From contig CAIWCD010000002.1 in the NCBI GenBank assembly GCA_903911145.1, positions 124,001 through 188,000 of the forward strand: a stretch of DNA of 64,000 nucleotides, read 5' to 3'. This DNA comes from an uncultured delta proteobacterium (lineage in GTDB: Bacteria; Myxococcota; Myxococcia; Myxococcales; 40CM-4-68-19). This document shows, in pieces, positions 48,049 through 60,662 of the stretch. Position numbers and translations under genes: made by a program. A model generated the notes under the pieces. That model worked only from the letters and a program-made list of their open reading frames with translations, was not told where the DNA came from and ran no database searches. The first letter of the stretch is position 1. The number at the start of each line of letters is the position of its first letter.

Positions 48049-48809
48049 GTACGCGCGCTCTGGCGGGCGATCAGCGCGGCCGTGTAGCCGGCGGAGAAGC
48101 CGTTGTCGATGTTGACCGCGGAGACGTTGGCCGCGCAGGAGTTGAGCATCGTCAGGAGCGCCGCGAGTCCGCCGAGGCTCAGGCCGTAGCCGACGCTGGT
48201 GGGGACCGCGAAGACTGGACGCGGGATGAGGCCGGCAACGACCGAGGGAAGCGCGCCCTCCATGCCCGCGCAAACGACCACCGCGTCGCTGTCGCGCAGC
48301 TCCTCCGCGCGGCGAAGCAGTCGATGCAGACCGGAGACGCCGACGTCGTAGATCCGCCGCACATTGGCGCCGACGAAGAGCGCGGCCTGGCAAGCCTCCT
48401 CGGCGACAGGAATGTCGGTGGTGCCTGCGCAGACGACGCTGACCATCCCGCGAAGCGCACGCGCCTCGCCGCGAGCCGGAGCAGAGAAGGTGCGCGAGAC
48501 GGGATCGTGCTTGCCCAGCGGCGCGCTCGCCAGAGCAGACTGGGCGGCCTCGGGAGCGATTCGCGTGACCAGCACGGCCTGGCCCAGCTCGACCAGGCGG
48601 GCGACGAGAAGGCCGATCTGCTCGGGCGTCTTGCGCTCGCCGAAGATCACCTCGGACGCGCCCGCGCGCAGCGCCCGTTCGCCGTCGAGTTGCGCGAAAG
48701 CACCGATCGCCTGCACCGGCAGCGCCGCGATCTGCGCCTCGGCCGCCGCGGGCGAAAGCTCTCCGCGCTGCACACGCGCAAGAAGTTCACGAAGACCCTG
48801 TGCGTCCAT
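48045..48809 (-). CDS. larB: Nickel-pincer cofactor carboxylase/hydrolase LarB
   Basis: EVIFG..KT, AGTTDIPVAEEA, DVGV.GLHRL, AGMEGALPSV, PTSVGYG, MLNSC, NIDNGF. Confidence 0.95.
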   Translation of the reverse strand: MDAQGLRELLARVQRGELSPAAAEAQIAALPVQAIGAFAQLDGERALRAGASEVIFGERKTPEQIGLLVARLVELGQAVLVTRIAPEAAQSALASAPLGKHDPVSRTFSAPARGEARALRGMVSVVCAGTTDIPVAEEACQAALFVGANVRRIYDVGVSGLHRLLRRAEELRDSDAVVVCAGMEGALPSVVAGLIPRPVFAVPTSVGYGLSLGGLAALLTMLNSCAANVSAVNIDNGFSAGYTAALIARQSART

Positions 48810-49441
48810 CAGCGGCTCCTCGCAGACAGAAGCAGATCGCGCACGCCGCCCTCTTCGATCGCCGTGACGATGCGACCCGCCGCGCGCACGCCAGGCAGGC
48901 GCAGATCGGTCACCAGCAGAACCACCTCGTCCATCTCGGCGAAGGCGGTTCGCGTCGCGCCCTCGAGCGGCCCTTCGATGACGTGCGGCACCGAGCAGAC
49001 GAGCTTGCGGCCCACTGCGGCACCGACGCCATTGAGATACGCGGAGATGATCACGTTGCCGGCCTCGGCGAGCGAACTGACGTAGACGCTGCTGCGCGGA
49101 TCAAACGGCGTCTGCACCGTCTTGCCCGCCGCGAGGAGCAGGCCCGCCATGAGCGTCGCGCCTGTCTTGGTGAAGTGGATCAACTGGCGGATCCCGGCGG
49201 CGCCTTCGATCTCGAAGTGGGTCGCGAACGTCTCTTCGTTGCCGACCGCGAGCACCTTGTGAATGAGGCCGCGCGGCGCCACGTGCGCGCGGGGATGCGT
49301 GCCCTCGACCTGCGCGCCGAGAAGCGCCGAGAGCGTGCGGACCGATTCGCTCGTCCCGTGCGCCGCGAGCCCACGCAACGCATCGAGCTGTTCGCCCGAG
49401 AGAAGAGACGGCTTGGACGGGAGCGCTTTCGGCGTCGCCAT
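48809..49441 (-). CDS. cheC: CheC-like phosphatase (DifG-like)
   Basis: QLDALR, LS.LLG, SSLAEAGNVIISAYLN, SVP. Confidence 0.82.
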   Translation of the reverse strand: MATPKALPSKPSLLSGEQLDALRGLAAHGTSESVRTLSALLGAQVEGTHPRAHVAPRGLIHKVLAVGNEETFATHFEIEGAAGIRQLIHFTKTGATLMAGLLLAAGKTVQTPFDPRSSVYVSSLAEAGNVIISAYLNGVGAAVGRKLVCSVPHVIEGPLEGATRTAFAEMDEVVLLVTDLRLPGVRAAGRIVTAIEEGGVRDLLLSARSR

Positions 49442-51570
49442 CAGGCCGCACCCTTCTTGTGCAGAACGCTCTTCTCGATACCGGGCACGCCCGCGAGCTC
49501 CGCCAGCCCGCGCGGATCAAGGACGAGCAGCGGTCGACCGCTCGCGAGCACGCACGTTCCTGCGAGTCCCGGCATCCGATCGAGCGGCGCAAAGAGTGGC
49601 CGCACCACCGCCTCCTCCTGCCCGACGAGGCGATCGACTGCGAGCGCGAATGTCGTCTTGTCCACGTCGAGCACCACGAACGGACGCGGCCCCGGAGGCG
49701 CGAGCGAGGGCAGCCCGAAGAGTTGCGCGAGAGGATAGGAGCGGACCCACTCGCCCGCGACGACCACCGAACGCGACGCAAACCCCTCGCCGCCGCGCGC
49801 AGAGAGATCGCTCTCGATCGTGACCAGCACGCGCACGAGAGGGATTCCGAACAGCTCGCCGCCCACCTGGATGAGCAGCAGATTCGCCATCGCGACCGAG
49901 CGCGGCAGCTCGAGCGTGAAGGTCGAGCCGTGGCCGACGACGCTCGAGGCCGAGAGCTGCCCCCCGAGCGTTTCGACCGCGCGCATCACCGCATCGAGTC
50001 CAACGCCGCGCCCCGACACCTCGGTGGCCGCGTCGCGCGTCGAGAGGCCAGGCAGGAACGCGAGCTCAAGCGCCTGTGCATCGGAGAGCGCCGCGGCCGC
50101 GTCAGCCGTGATCGCGCCGCTCTCGACAGCTTTCCTGCGCACGGCCGCGACGTCGACGCCGCGCCCATCGTCGATCACGTCCACCATCACGCGATCCCGC
50201 TCTCTCCGGGCGCGCAGCGAGAGCTTGCCCAGTGCAGGCTTGCCTGCCGAGGCGCGCTCTTCGGGCGATTCGAGTCCGTGATCGATGGCGTTGCGCACGA
50301 GGTGCGTCAGCGGATTTCCCATCGCGTCGATGATCGCGCGATCGAGTTCGACATCGGCCCCGCGCACCTCAAGTTCGACCTCCTTGCCAAGCCGCCGCGA
50401 CAGATCGCGGACCGCGCGAGGGAGCCGTTCAGTGAGGGTCGAGAAGGGCGTGAGGCGCGCGCTCACCACTTTGCCGTGCAGTTCGCGCACCATCCGGCGC
50501 AGGCGATCGATCTCGGCCTCGAACGCGGGCGCGTGCGTCTCGGGCAGGCTGCGGGCCGACTCGCGCAGACGCAACACGCCGCCAAGCACCTCGCCTGCTG
50601 CATCGAGCAGCTGATCGAGCGCCGCCGCACGCACGCGCACGGTCGCTTCCGGCGTGGGCTCGCTCCCCTTCAAGAACCCGGCGAAGGCAGGAGGAGGAGC
50701 GCTGTCGCTGGCGGGAGTCGGCGGTGTGCTGTCGGGCGCAAGAGTCGGCGCCGCCTGCGCGGGCACGGCCTCAGACGGGTCACCAAGTCCCGCGCGGAGT
50801 TCTACGCTCTCGACTTCCGGCAGCTTCAGACAGCTCTGGCGAATCGTCTCGGGATCGACCGTGCTCGCGACGCGAGCGTGGATGACCAGAGGCGTGCGCG
50901 ACTGCGCCTGCTGCGCGGGGGCCGGATCCTGTGAGAGCAGCGTCCCGACCGCGCCCAGCTTGCGCTGGACGATCATCGCGCGCGCACCGGGAGCAGCGCA
51001 GCGCGCACCAAGTTGGATGCGCAGCGTATAGCGTGGCACCTCGGGCGGCGGCGGGACGATGCTCCCGTCCGCGCCCAGTGCGGTCGCGGCCCGTTCATCG
51101 ACGGCCTGAATCGGGATGCGCGGATCCTTCGCGTGCAGGCCTGCAGACATCTTCGCCAGTCTTGCGACGACTCCCTCGACGTCTGCTTCCGCGATCGGCG
51201 CCGCCTGCCGATCGGCGGCCAGCGCGCTCGCGTGCTCGCTCGCGGCAGAGGGCGTGAGGGCCTGTCGGAGCAGCTTCGAGAGCAGATCACACGCCTCGAG
51301 AAGCAGGTCGACGACGTCGCGTCCGAGCGGCTGCGACCGCTGGCGCGCGATCAGCTCCTCCGCTGCGTGCGCCACCCCGACGAGCAGAGAGAGCTCGAGC
51401 GTCGCAGCGCCTCCCTTGATCGAATGCACGCGCCGGAAGATCGAATCCCACAGGTCGGCCGGAACCGCCTCACGTGCCGCTTCCAACTCGACGAGCTCGC
51501 TGCCAAGCCGCTCGAGCTGATCGGTCGATTCGGCGACGAAGAGCGCCAGGTAGTTGCGTTCGGCCACCAT
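49441..51570 (-). CDS. cheA: Chemotaxis histidine kinase CheA (DifE-like)
   Basis: Hpt IFRRVHSIKG, HLVRNAIDHGLE, DDGRG, SGRGVGLD, C-terminal CheW domain. Confidence 0.95.
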   Translation of the reverse strand: MVAERNYLALFVAESTDQLERLGSELVELEAAREAVPADLWDSIFRRVHSIKGGAATLELSLLVGVAHAAEELIARQRSQPLGRDVVDLLLEACDLLSKLLRQALTPSAASEHASALAADRQAAPIAEADVEGVVARLAKMSAGLHAKDPRIPIQAVDERAATALGADGSIVPPPPEVPRYTLRIQLGARCAAPGARAMIVQRKLGAVGTLLSQDPAPAQQAQSRTPLVIHARVASTVDPETIRQSCLKLPEVESVELRAGLGDPSEAVPAQAAPTLAPDSTPPTPASDSAPPPAFAGFLKGSEPTPEATVRVRAAALDQLLDAAGEVLGGVLRLRESARSLPETHAPAFEAEIDRLRRMVRELHGKVVSARLTPFSTLTERLPRAVRDLSRRLGKEVELEVRGADVELDRAIIDAMGNPLTHLVRNAIDHGLESPEERASAGKPALGKLSLRARRERDRVMVDVIDDGRGVDVAAVRRKAVESGAITADAAAALSDAQALELAFLPGLSTRDAATEVSGRGVGLDAVMRAVETLGGQLSASSVVGHGSTFTLELPRSVAMANLLLIQVGGELFGIPLVRVLVTIESDLSARGGEGFASRSVVVAGEWVRSYPLAQLFGLPSLAPPGPRPFVVLDVDKTTFALAVDRLVGQEEAVVRPLFAPLDRMPGLAGTCVLASGRPLLVLDPRGLAELAGVPGIEKSVLHKKGAA

Positions 51571-51579
51571 GCGCGGGAG

Positions 51580-51948
51580 CTACGCTCCCAATACCTTGCG
51601 CATCACGGCGAGGACTTCGTCGGCGCGGAACGGCTTGATGATGAAGTCCGTCGCACCCGCCGAGATCGCCTCCATCACCAGCGACTCCTGGCCGAGCGCC
51701 GAGCACATCACCACCACCGCGGCCGGGTCGAAACGGACGATCTCGCGCGTCGCCTCGATCCCGCTCTTGAGCGGCATGACGATGTCCATCGTCACGAGAT
51801 CTGGCTTGAGCTCGCTGTAGAGCGCAACCGCCTTGAGGCCGTCGTCCGCCTCACCGACCACGGTGAAGCCGCCCGAGACAAAGACGTCGCGCAGGGTGTT
51901 GCGCATGAAGAGCTGGTCGTCGACGATGAGCACTCGCTTGCCGGACAT
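51580..51948 (-). CDS. cheY: Response regulator CheY (DifD-like)
   Basis: LIVDD, PDLVTMDIVMP, MCSALGQ, FIIKPF. Confidence 0.95.
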   Translation of the reverse strand: MSGKRVLIVDDQLFMRNTLRDVFVSGGFTVVGEADDGLKAVALYSELKPDLVTMDIVMPLKSGIEATREIVRFDPAAVVVMCSALGQESLVMEAISAGATDFIIKPFRADEVLAVMRKVLGA

Positions 51949-51951
51949 CGT

Positions 51952-52371
51952 TCAAGCCTCCACAAGATTGTCGATCGCCAGAGAGAGCAGCCCGGGATCG
52001 ACGAGCTTCACGGGTCCATTCCTGTGCTCGAGCTGCGCGACCGCCGCGCCCTCGGGCACCGCGAGCAGCTGCACTTCATCGGACAGCTCTTCGATGCCCT
52101 GCACGTCGGTCACATACAATCCTAGATCACCCGCGGTCCGGTGGAGCATCACGATCCGTCCGTTCGGCCTTGCAGGACGCGCGCGCTGGCCAACGAGCGC
52201 GCCGAGATCGACGATGCAGGCGACCCGTCCCGCGTGATTCATCACGCCGAGCATGCCCGGCGGAGCGCGCGGGACGCGGGCGAGCGCGCTGACCTCGGTG
52301 ACCTGGCGGACGGCCGAGAGAGGGAGCGCGAAGCGCGCGCCGCCGTGAACGCAGATGACGTGGCGGGACAT
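51952..52371 (-). CDS. cheW: CheW adaptor (DifC-like)
   Basis: FALPL..V.QV, RVPRAP..LGVMN..G....VDL. Confidence 0.88.
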   Translation of the reverse strand: MSRHVICVHGGARFALPLSAVRQVTEVSALARVPRAPPGMLGVMNHAGRVACIVDLGALVGQRARPARPNGRIVMLHRTAGDLGLYVTDVQGIEELSDEVQLLAVPEGAAVAQLEHRNGPVKLVDPGLLSLAIDNLVEA

Positions 52372-52378
52372 GCGCGCC

Positions 52379-53815
52379 TCACTCCAGCTTGAAGCGCGAA
52401 ACGATGCTGCGCAGCTCGGCGGCGAGGTTGCCGAGCTCCTGCGAGAGCGAGGTCATCTGCGTGGTGCTGCCGGTCTGCTCGCGCACGGCCCGCTCGATCT
52501 CCTCGGTGCTGCGCGCGTTGCCACGAGCGACGCCGCTGATCTCCTGGATGCCCTGCACCATCGCTGCCGAACCCGCGAGCTGCTCTCTGGCCGCGACCGA
52601 GATCGCCTGGACGCGCTCGCTTCCCGTCTGCGTGGCCTGCACGATTTCATCGAGCGAGACGGTGATCTGCGCGAGATCCTCGCGCCCCTGGCCAAGCTCG
52701 TCGATGCCCTCCTTCATCGCCGCGACTGCGTGCTGGCTGCGCTGGCTGATCTCCTGCGCGAGCCGGCTGATCTGCTCGGCGGAGCGGCCCGCGCTCTCGG
52801 CGAGCTTGCGCACTTCGTCCGCGACGACCGCAAAGCCGCGCCCATACTCGCCCGCGCGCGCTGCCTCGATGGCCGCGTTGAGCGCAAGCAGGTTCGTCTG
52901 CTGAGCGACTCCGGTAATGGCGACGACGATCTTCGAGATCTCCTGCGTCTTCTCGCCGAACGCGAAGACCGTCTCGCTCGCCGCCTCGATCTCGGCGAAC
53001 ACCTTCTTGATCTTCTCGGTCGCAAGTTGCGCGGCTGCGCCACCGGCCTGCGCGGCGCTGCTCGTCGCCGTCGCCGTCTCTGCGGCAGCTTGAGCCGTAC
53101 CGGCCGAGCGCTCGATCGAAGCTGCGATCTGCGCCATCCGCCCGCTCGCCTGCTCGACGAGCTCGAGCTGCAGCTCTGCACCGCGTCGAATCGGGGCCAT
53201 GCTGCGCGTGATGTTGGAGCTGCCGGCCGAGACGTTCGCCGCCTGGTCCTGCATCCGATCGGCTCGATCAGAGACCTCGCTCGAGGTGCGCTGGATGTGC
53301 CGCACGAGCTCGCGCAGATTCTCCTGCATGCGCGCGATCGCGCTCGTCAGCTCGTCGACCTCGTCGCGGCCGAGGAAGACCTTGCGCTCGATGGAGAGCT
53401 TCTTCGAGAGATCGCCGCGGCTGATCTCCTCCGCGCTGCGGTTGAGCCGTTCGATCCGATCGGCCACCTGCTTGAGCACCAGCGCGATCGCGACCGCGAG
53501 CACCAGCCCGATCAGAGCGCCGCCGAGCGCCGAATTGCCGACCATCTGCTGGCGCACCACCTCGTACGCGAGCACGCCCGAGAGCACGCCCCAGAGGATC
53601 AGATCGCCGGCGAGGATCTTGCGGAACAGGCCGAAGCGGCGACCGGGGATGATGCGCGGGATCGGCTGCGTGCGCGGGCGCTGCATCCCGGGTTGCGACG
53701 ACGTGCCAATCGGGGGCGGCCGTGGAGCACGCGCCAGAGGCTCGCGCGCAGGCGAGCCCTCGCTTGCGTGCGCTGGCGATTCGGGGGGCAGCAGCTCGGG
53801 AGCAGCGTTCGCCAT
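52379..53815 (-). CDS. Methyl-accepting chemotaxis protein lacking a periplasmic sensor (DifA-like)
   Basis: Two adjacent TMs, [38 protein letters not shown]. Confidence 0.95.
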   Translation of the reverse strand: MANAAPELLPPESPAHASEGSPAREPLARAPRPPPIGTSSQPGMQRPRTQPIPRIIPGRRFGLFRKILAGDLILWGVLSGVLAYEVVRQQMVGNSALGGALIGLVLAVAIALVLKQVADRIERLNRSAEEISRGDLSKKLSIERKVFLGRDEVDELTSAIARMQENLRELVRHIQRTSSEVSDRADRMQDQAANVSAGSSNITRSMAPIRRGAELQLELVEQASGRMAQIAASIERSAGTAQAAAETATATSSAAQAGGAAAQLATEKIKKVFAEIEAASETVFAFGEKTQEISKIVVAITGVAQQTNLLALNAAIEAARAGEYGRGFAVVADEVRKLAESAGRSAEQISRLAQEISQRSQHAVAAMKEGIDELGQGREDLAQITVSLDEIVQATQTGSERVQAISVAAREQLAGSAAMVQGIQEISGVARGNARSTEEIERAVREQTGSTTQMTSLSQELGNLAAELRSIVSRFKLE

Positions 53816-53931
53816 GGGACCGAACACTCTAGCCTGCATGCTGATTCGAGCAAGATCGCGGCCTCCTGGCGCGCTGCGGGCAGGTGGTCGATTGCGCGCC
53901 GGACGCGCCTCGAGAGAGAATGCGCGCCGCG

Positions 53932-55020
53932 ATGTCGACTCCGCAGACCAAGCTGGCAGCCAATCTGGGCGCGCTCGACGAGCGGGCGCGGCGCGTGCTC
54001 GCGGCCATCGTCGGGGATCACATCGAAGTGGGTGAGCCGGTCGGGTCGCTGGCGGTGCAGCGTCGCGCCGAGCTCGACGTCAGCGCGGCCACAGTGCGCA
54101 GCGTGATGGCCGACCTCGAGGCGCTTGGCTATCTCGAGAAGCCGCACACCTCCGCAGGCCGCATCCCGACCGCGCTCGGCTACCGGTACTACGTCGATGC
54201 GCTGCTGCGTGTGCAGACTCCGTCCCTCGAGGAGCGGCAGCTGATCGAGCGCAGCACGCTCGAGGCCGCGGTCGACGTCGAGGGGCTGCTCGCGGGAACC
54301 TCGCGCCTGCTGCGCGGTCTGACCCACCATGCGGCCGTGGTCGCTGCGCCGCGCGCACAGGGGCAGCGGCTGCAGCGCATCGAGCTGGTGTCGTTGCGCG
54401 AGGGGCGCGTGCTGGCAGTGCTGATGACCCGCACGGGCACCGTGCAGAACCGCCTGCTGGAGACTCCGCCGGGCGAGAAGCCGATGACGCCCGCACAGCT
54501 CGACGAGAGCGCAAACTATCTCAACGCGCTGCTCGCCGATCTCACGCTCGAGGAGGCCCGCCTGCGCCTGTCGAGCGAGCTTGTGCGCGATCGAACGCTT
54601 CTTGAGGAGACCCGCGCCCGCGCGCTGGCGATGGGCGCGCAGGCGATGGCGCTGGCGCCGGGAACCGCCGAGCTGCGCACCGACCTGCTCATTGAAGGGC
54701 AGAGCTCGTTCCTCGAGGAGCCGATCTGGGCCCAGGACGTCGCCAAGGTGCGCGAACTGTTCCGCGCGCTCGAGGAGAAGGAGCGCGTGCTGGGCGTGCT
54801 CGATCGGGCCACGCAGGCGCGCGAGCTGTGCATCTTCATCGGCGCCGAGAGCGGGCTCGCCCCGCGCGATCTCGCCATTGTCGCGGCGCCATACCGCGCC
54901 GCCGAAGGCATCCTCGGCACCGTCGGCGTGATCGGCCCGGCGCGCATGGACTACGCGCGCGTCATCCCTCTGGTGGAATTGACCGCGCGCAGCCTGGGCG
55001 CGGCGATCGGCGAATCTTAA
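53932..55020 (+). CDS. hrcA: Heat-inducible repressor HrcA
   Basis: [48 protein letters not shown]. Confidence 0.96.
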   Translation: MSTPQTKLAANLGALDERARRVLAAIVGDHIEVGEPVGSLAVQRRAELDVSAATVRSVMADLEALGYLEKPHTSAGRIPTALGYRYYVDALLRVQTPSLEERQLIERSTLEAAVDVEGLLAGTSRLLRGLTHHAAVVAAPRAQGQRLQRIELVSLREGRVLAVLMTRTGTVQNRLLETPPGEKPMTPAQLDESANYLNALLADLTLEEARLRLSSELVRDRTLLEETRARALAMGAQAMALAPGTAELRTDLLIEGQSSFLEEPIWAQDVAKVRELFRALEEKERVLGVLDRATQARELCIFIGAESGLAPRDLAIVAAPYRAAEGILGTVGVIGPARMDYARVIPLVELTARSLGAAIGES

Positions 55021-55146
55021 CTCCGCGACGTGCACCGCTGCGCAGAGTGGTTACAGTGGCCTCGCCGTTCGTGCGATCGGCCCTTGCCGGCAACGCCGAT
55101 CGCACTCTAAAGAAGCCGTCAACAAGCCAGCGTGGAGAGTTCCAAC

Positions 55147-55785
55147 GTGTCCGACAACAACCAGACCGCAGCGCCTTCCGAATCCACCGCGACCGATGCA
55201 GCCGCGCAGGCCGCGACCTTCGCCAACGATGATCGCGAGACGCTCGTCGCCAAGCTCACCGCGACCCACGCGCAGCTCGAGGATTCCACCGCCCGCGCTC
55301 GCGAGACCTCCGCCCGCCTCACCGAAGAGCATGAGCGCCTGCTGCGTCTCGCGGCCGAGTTCGAGAACTTCAAGAAGCGCGCTCTCAAGGAGAAGGACGA
55401 CGTGCGCAAGTACGGCGCGGAGTCGCTGCTCAAGGACTTCTTTCCCGTCGCCGACAACCTCGAGCGCGCCCTCGATCACGCCGAGCAGCACGATCCCAAG
55501 CAGGTGATCGACGGCGTCCGGCTGGTGCAGAAGATGTTCGAGAGCGCGTTTGCCAAGCACGGCATCACCATCTTCTCCGCGCTCGGCCAGCCGTTCGATC
55601 CGTCGCTGCACGAGGCGATGATGCAGGCCGACAGCGACAAACCCGCTGGCACGGTGATTCAGGAGATGGCGCGCGGCTACAAGCTGCATGAGCGCCTGGT
55701 GCGGCCCGCCGCTGTCGTCGTCGCGCGCGCGAAGGAAGCCGCCGCGCCCGAGGCCAGCGCGAGCGAAGCTGCCCCGCTGAACTAG
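55147..55785 (+). CDS. grpE: Nucleotide exchange factor GrpE
   Basis: [36 protein letters not shown]. Confidence 0.96.
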   Translation: MSDNNQTAAPSESTATDAAAQAATFANDDRETLVAKLTATHAQLEDSTARARETSARLTEEHERLLRLAAEFENFKKRALKEKDDVRKYGAESLLKDFFPVADNLERALDHAEQHDPKQVIDGVRLVQKMFESAFAKHGITIFSALGQPFDPSLHEAMMQADSDKPAGTVIQEMARGYKLHERLVRPAAVVVARAKEAAAPEASASEAAPLN

Positions 55786-55847
55786 AAATCGCTGCTAGGT
55801 TTCCAAACTCGACGGTCCGACGAACGGCGCGGCCGCGCGGGGTATTC

Positions 55848-57713
<1,866 letters not shown>

Positions 57714-57779
57714 CTGAATATTGCGTGCTCCCGTGCGTCTTTCCAAGAAGACCAACGGAGCGCGGACAGCGTCCACCGA

Positions 57780-58433
57780 ATGAAGCCGACTGTGCCCGAC
57801 CGTGAGCCGGATGATCGCGGGCTGGTGCTCCTGGCGCAGCAGGGCGACGCGCAGGCGTTCCGGAAACTGGTCGAGCGGTACCAGCGGCGGATCGTGCAGC
57901 TCGCTCTCTCGATGGTGAAGGATCCGGACGAGGCCATGGACATCGCGCAGGAGACATTCGTGCGGGTCCATCGCTACCTGCCGTCGTTCAAGGGGGACTC
58001 GTCGTTCTTCACCTGGACGTTCCGCATCGCGACGAACCTCTGCGTCGATGCGGCCCGCAAGAAGGCACGCAGCGGCCGCGTCGGGCTGCCGGTTGCGCAC
58101 GACGAGGAGCTCGAGACGGAGCTGGCGGCAGGGATGGATCCGCTCTCGGCCGCGCTGGTCGGGCCTTTGCGCGCCGCGGAGAATCGGGAGCTCCGCGAGA
58201 GATTGGGCGCGGCCCTCGAACAGCTCTCCGAAGATCATCGCGCGATCGTGCTGCTGCGCGAGGTGGACGGGCTCTCGTACGAAGAGCTGTCCGCGGTGCT
58301 CGGCATCCCCAAGGGCACCGTGATGAGCCGGCTCTTTCATGCCCGCATGCGGCTGCAGGCGATGTTGCGCGACGAGGCCACAGACGGCGGCGATCGTGCG
58401 GCGGCGCGCACGACCGCAGAGGCGGACGCGTGA
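57780..58433 (+). CDS. ECF sigma factor
   Basis: AFRKLVERYQ, DIAQETF, F.TW.FRIATN..VD, LLRE..GLSYEE...LGIPKGTVMSRLFHAR. Confidence 0.93.
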   Translation: MKPTVPDREPDDRGLVLLAQQGDAQAFRKLVERYQRRIVQLALSMVKDPDEAMDIAQETFVRVHRYLPSFKGDSSFFTWTFRIATNLCVDAARKKARSGRVGLPVAHDEELETELAAGMDPLSAALVGPLRAAENRELRERLGAALEQLSEDHRAIVLLREVDGLSYEELSAVLGIPKGTVMSRLFHARMRLQAMLRDEATDGGDRAAARTTAEADA

Positions 58434-58990
58434 GCCACGACTGCAGCGCCTTCATCGAGCAGCTCTCCTGTCGCCTCGACGCTGAGCTCGACAGTGCGAC
58501 CTCCGTGCGCCTCGAGGAGCATCTTGCGGGCTGTGCGTCGTGCCGCGCGCGCGAGCTGTCTCTCCTGGCGCAAGGCGCGGCGATGCGCGCGCAGGCGGCG
58601 AGCCGCCTTGCAGCGCATGAAGCGTGCGGTGAGATCGACTTGACGGGATTCTCCGCGCGCGTGCTCCGCGCCACCGAGCGGGCGGCCCATCGTCCGTCGC
58701 TCGCGCAGCGCCTGGCTGTCGCGTTGCGCGAGCGTTGGGAGCACCAGCGACTCTTCGTCTCGACCGGGTTCGGGCTCTCGCTGGCGGCCTGCGCGGGGCT
58801 GCTGCTGTTCGAGGCAGCTCCTTCGTGGCGCACGGCACAGAGAGGCAGCCAGCTTCTCGCGGCCCAGCTCTCACCCTCGACGCAGGCCGCAATCGACACG
58901 CTCGAACTGCTCAGCGGAGCGAACGGCGCAGTCTTCGAACAGCCCGGCGAGACGACGGTGATCTGGGTCACCGAGGAGGCGGCCGAATGA
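58430..58990 (+). CDS. Zinc-binding anti-sigma factor (zf-HC2) with TM
   Basis: HLAGCASC; GTGA overlap with sigma; TM segment. Confidence 0.88.
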   Translation: MSHDCSAFIEQLSCRLDAELDSATSVRLEEHLAGCASCRARELSLLAQGAAMRAQAASRLAAHEACGEIDLTGFSARVLRATERAAHRPSLAQRLAVALRERWEHQRLFVSTGFGLSLAACAGLLLFEAAPSWRTAQRGSQLLAAQLSPSTQAAIDTLELLSGANGAVFEQPGETTVIWVTEEAAE

Positions 58991-59745
58991 GCGCCGCGCG
59001 CAGCTTGGCCGCATTGGCGCTGCTCTCTCTCTCTGTCGCGCACGCGGCGGCGGCCCAGTCTCGCGCAGTGGCGCATCCGTCCAGCGGAGCGCCGCCACCG
59101 ATCTTCCACCCACACAGCTCCGTCACCCATCGCGCGCAGCCAGCCGCGGGAGCTGCTCCCGCCGCGAATCAGCTCGTGCGCGCAACGAACGGCTCGCCCG
59201 CGCCAGGAGCGGGCGGGAGCGCGCTCGTCGGTCCGCAGGGCGCGCCGATCGGAGCCACGACAACAGAGAGCAATCACGCGCTGCTCGTGCCGTCACCGCA
59301 GCAGCCGCTCGGCGACGCACTGCTGGCGAACCCGACCGTGCGCATCACCATCCGGACCATCGCCGCGCAGCGCATCGGCGAGGCGCTCGACATCGACGGA
59401 CGGCTCTCCCTGATCGACCGCGACCTGCGCTCGTTCGCGGCCCAGTTCAGCTACCGGAACTATCGTCTCCTCGAGGCGCAGACCTTCGAGCTCGACTTCC
59501 GCTCGATCGCGCAACTCGAGCTCCCTGGCGGTCGGGCGCTCGCGGTCGAACCGCGCGAACTCGGGCCAGATGGCCGCGTCAAGGTGCACCTCGAGCTGCT
59601 CGGTCTGCACCCCGAACACGCGCCGCGCATGCGCACCGACTACAGCATCCCGCGCGGACGGACTCTGCTGGTGGGTGGCTCCCGCATCGACCCGGCGGTT
59701 CCCGAGAGCGGAACGCTCCTGATCGCGATCACGCAGGGCGACTAG
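58987..59745 (+). CDS. Secreted hypothetical protein co-transcribed with ECF pair
   Basis: Signal peptide, Pro/Ala linker, beta-rich domain; ATGA overlap. Confidence 0.7.
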   Translation: MSAARSLAALALLSLSVAHAAAAQSRAVAHPSSGAPPPIFHPHSSVTHRAQPAAGAAPAANQLVRATNGSPAPGAGGSALVGPQGAPIGATTTESNHALLVPSPQQPLGDALLANPTVRITIRTIAAQRIGEALDIDGRLSLIDRDLRSFAAQFSYRNYRLLEAQTFELDFRSIAQLELPGGRALAVEPRELGPDGRVKVHLELLGLHPEHAPRMRTDYSIPRGRTLLVGGSRIDPAVPESGTLLIAITQGD

Positions 59746-59872
59746 CGATTGTCCAGTCTGTCCGCGGCAAGACGCGCCCGCGCAAGTCGTGAGAGAATGC
59801 GCGCCCTCTTCGCGGCCCGACAGCGCCGCCCGCTCACTCAAGAACCTCGTGGAACAAGGATCAACGACCCTC

Positions 59873-60553
59873 ATGAACCAGCGCTTCGCCTTTGCCCTCA
59901 CGCTTCTGCTCGCCACTCCGCTCGCCGCCCGCGCCCAGGCGCTCAAGACGGATGACGACAAGACCCTCTACGCGCTCGGCTCGATCCTCGGCGGGAACGT
60001 CAAGTCGCTCGGCCTCACCAAGGACGAGTTCGCCAGGGTGCGCGCCGGATTCGAGGACGCCGCTCTCGGCAAGAAGTCGCAGATCGACATGCAGACGTTC
60101 GGGCCCAAGGTCTCCGACTTTGCCAAGAAGAAGCAGGACGCCGAGACGGCGAAGGACTCGATCAAGCAGAAGGAGGCCGCCAAGTCGTTCGTCGAGAAGG
60201 CCGCGAAGGAGGCGGGTGCGCAGAGCTTCCCGTCTGGGCTCATCTACAAGAAGCTGCACGACGGCACCGGCGGCTCGCCCGGCCCCACCAGCAAGGTCAC
60301 CGTGAACTACGAGGGCAAGCTCCTCGACGGCACCGTCTTCGACAGTTCCTACGCGCGCAACCAGCCCGCGAGCTTCCCTCTCAACGGCGTGATCGCCTGC
60401 TGGACCGAGGGCGTGCAGAAGATGAAGATCGGCGAGAAGGCGCAGCTCATCTGCCCCTCCGCGATCGCGTACGGCGACCACGGACACCCGCCGACCATCC
60501 CCGGCGGCGCGATGCTCATCTTCACGGTCGAGCTGATCTCGATCGATCAGTAG
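59873..60553 (+). CDS. FKBP-type peptidyl-prolyl isomerase (FkpA/Mip-like)
   Basis: Signal peptide; VTVNYEGKL.DGTVFDSS, VIACWTEG, IAYG, IPGG. Confidence 0.95.
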   Translation: MNQRFAFALTLLLATPLAARAQALKTDDDKTLYALGSILGGNVKSLGLTKDEFARVRAGFEDAALGKKSQIDMQTFGPKVSDFAKKKQDAETAKDSIKQKEAAKSFVEKAAKEAGAQSFPSGLIYKKLHDGTGGSPGPTSKVTVNYEGKLLDGTVFDSSYARNQPASFPLNGVIACWTEGVQKMKIGEKAQLICPSAIAYGDHGHPPTIPGGAMLIFTVELISIDQ

Positions 60554-60580
60554 ACGCGCCGCAAGTCTGCGCCCAGCAAG

Positions 60581-60621
60581 GACGAGCGGCGTTTTCACCA
60601 ACGCGCCGCTCGTCTTTTTTT
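60581..60621 (+). terminator. Intrinsic terminator
   Basis: GACGAGCGGCG/CGCCGCTCGTC stem plus 7 T. Confidence 0.85.
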
Positions 60622-60662
60622 GCCCGCCTGTCCGCGCGTATGACAACGCGTATGACAGTGAG

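Noticed and set aside
53816..55847. CIRCE element for hrcA-grpE-dnaK
   Set aside because: No TTAGCACTC-N9-GAGTGCTAA-like inverted repeat found in these intergenic gaps
60635..60657. CGCGTATGACA direct repeat
   Set aside because: Two copies between convergent genes; no further support
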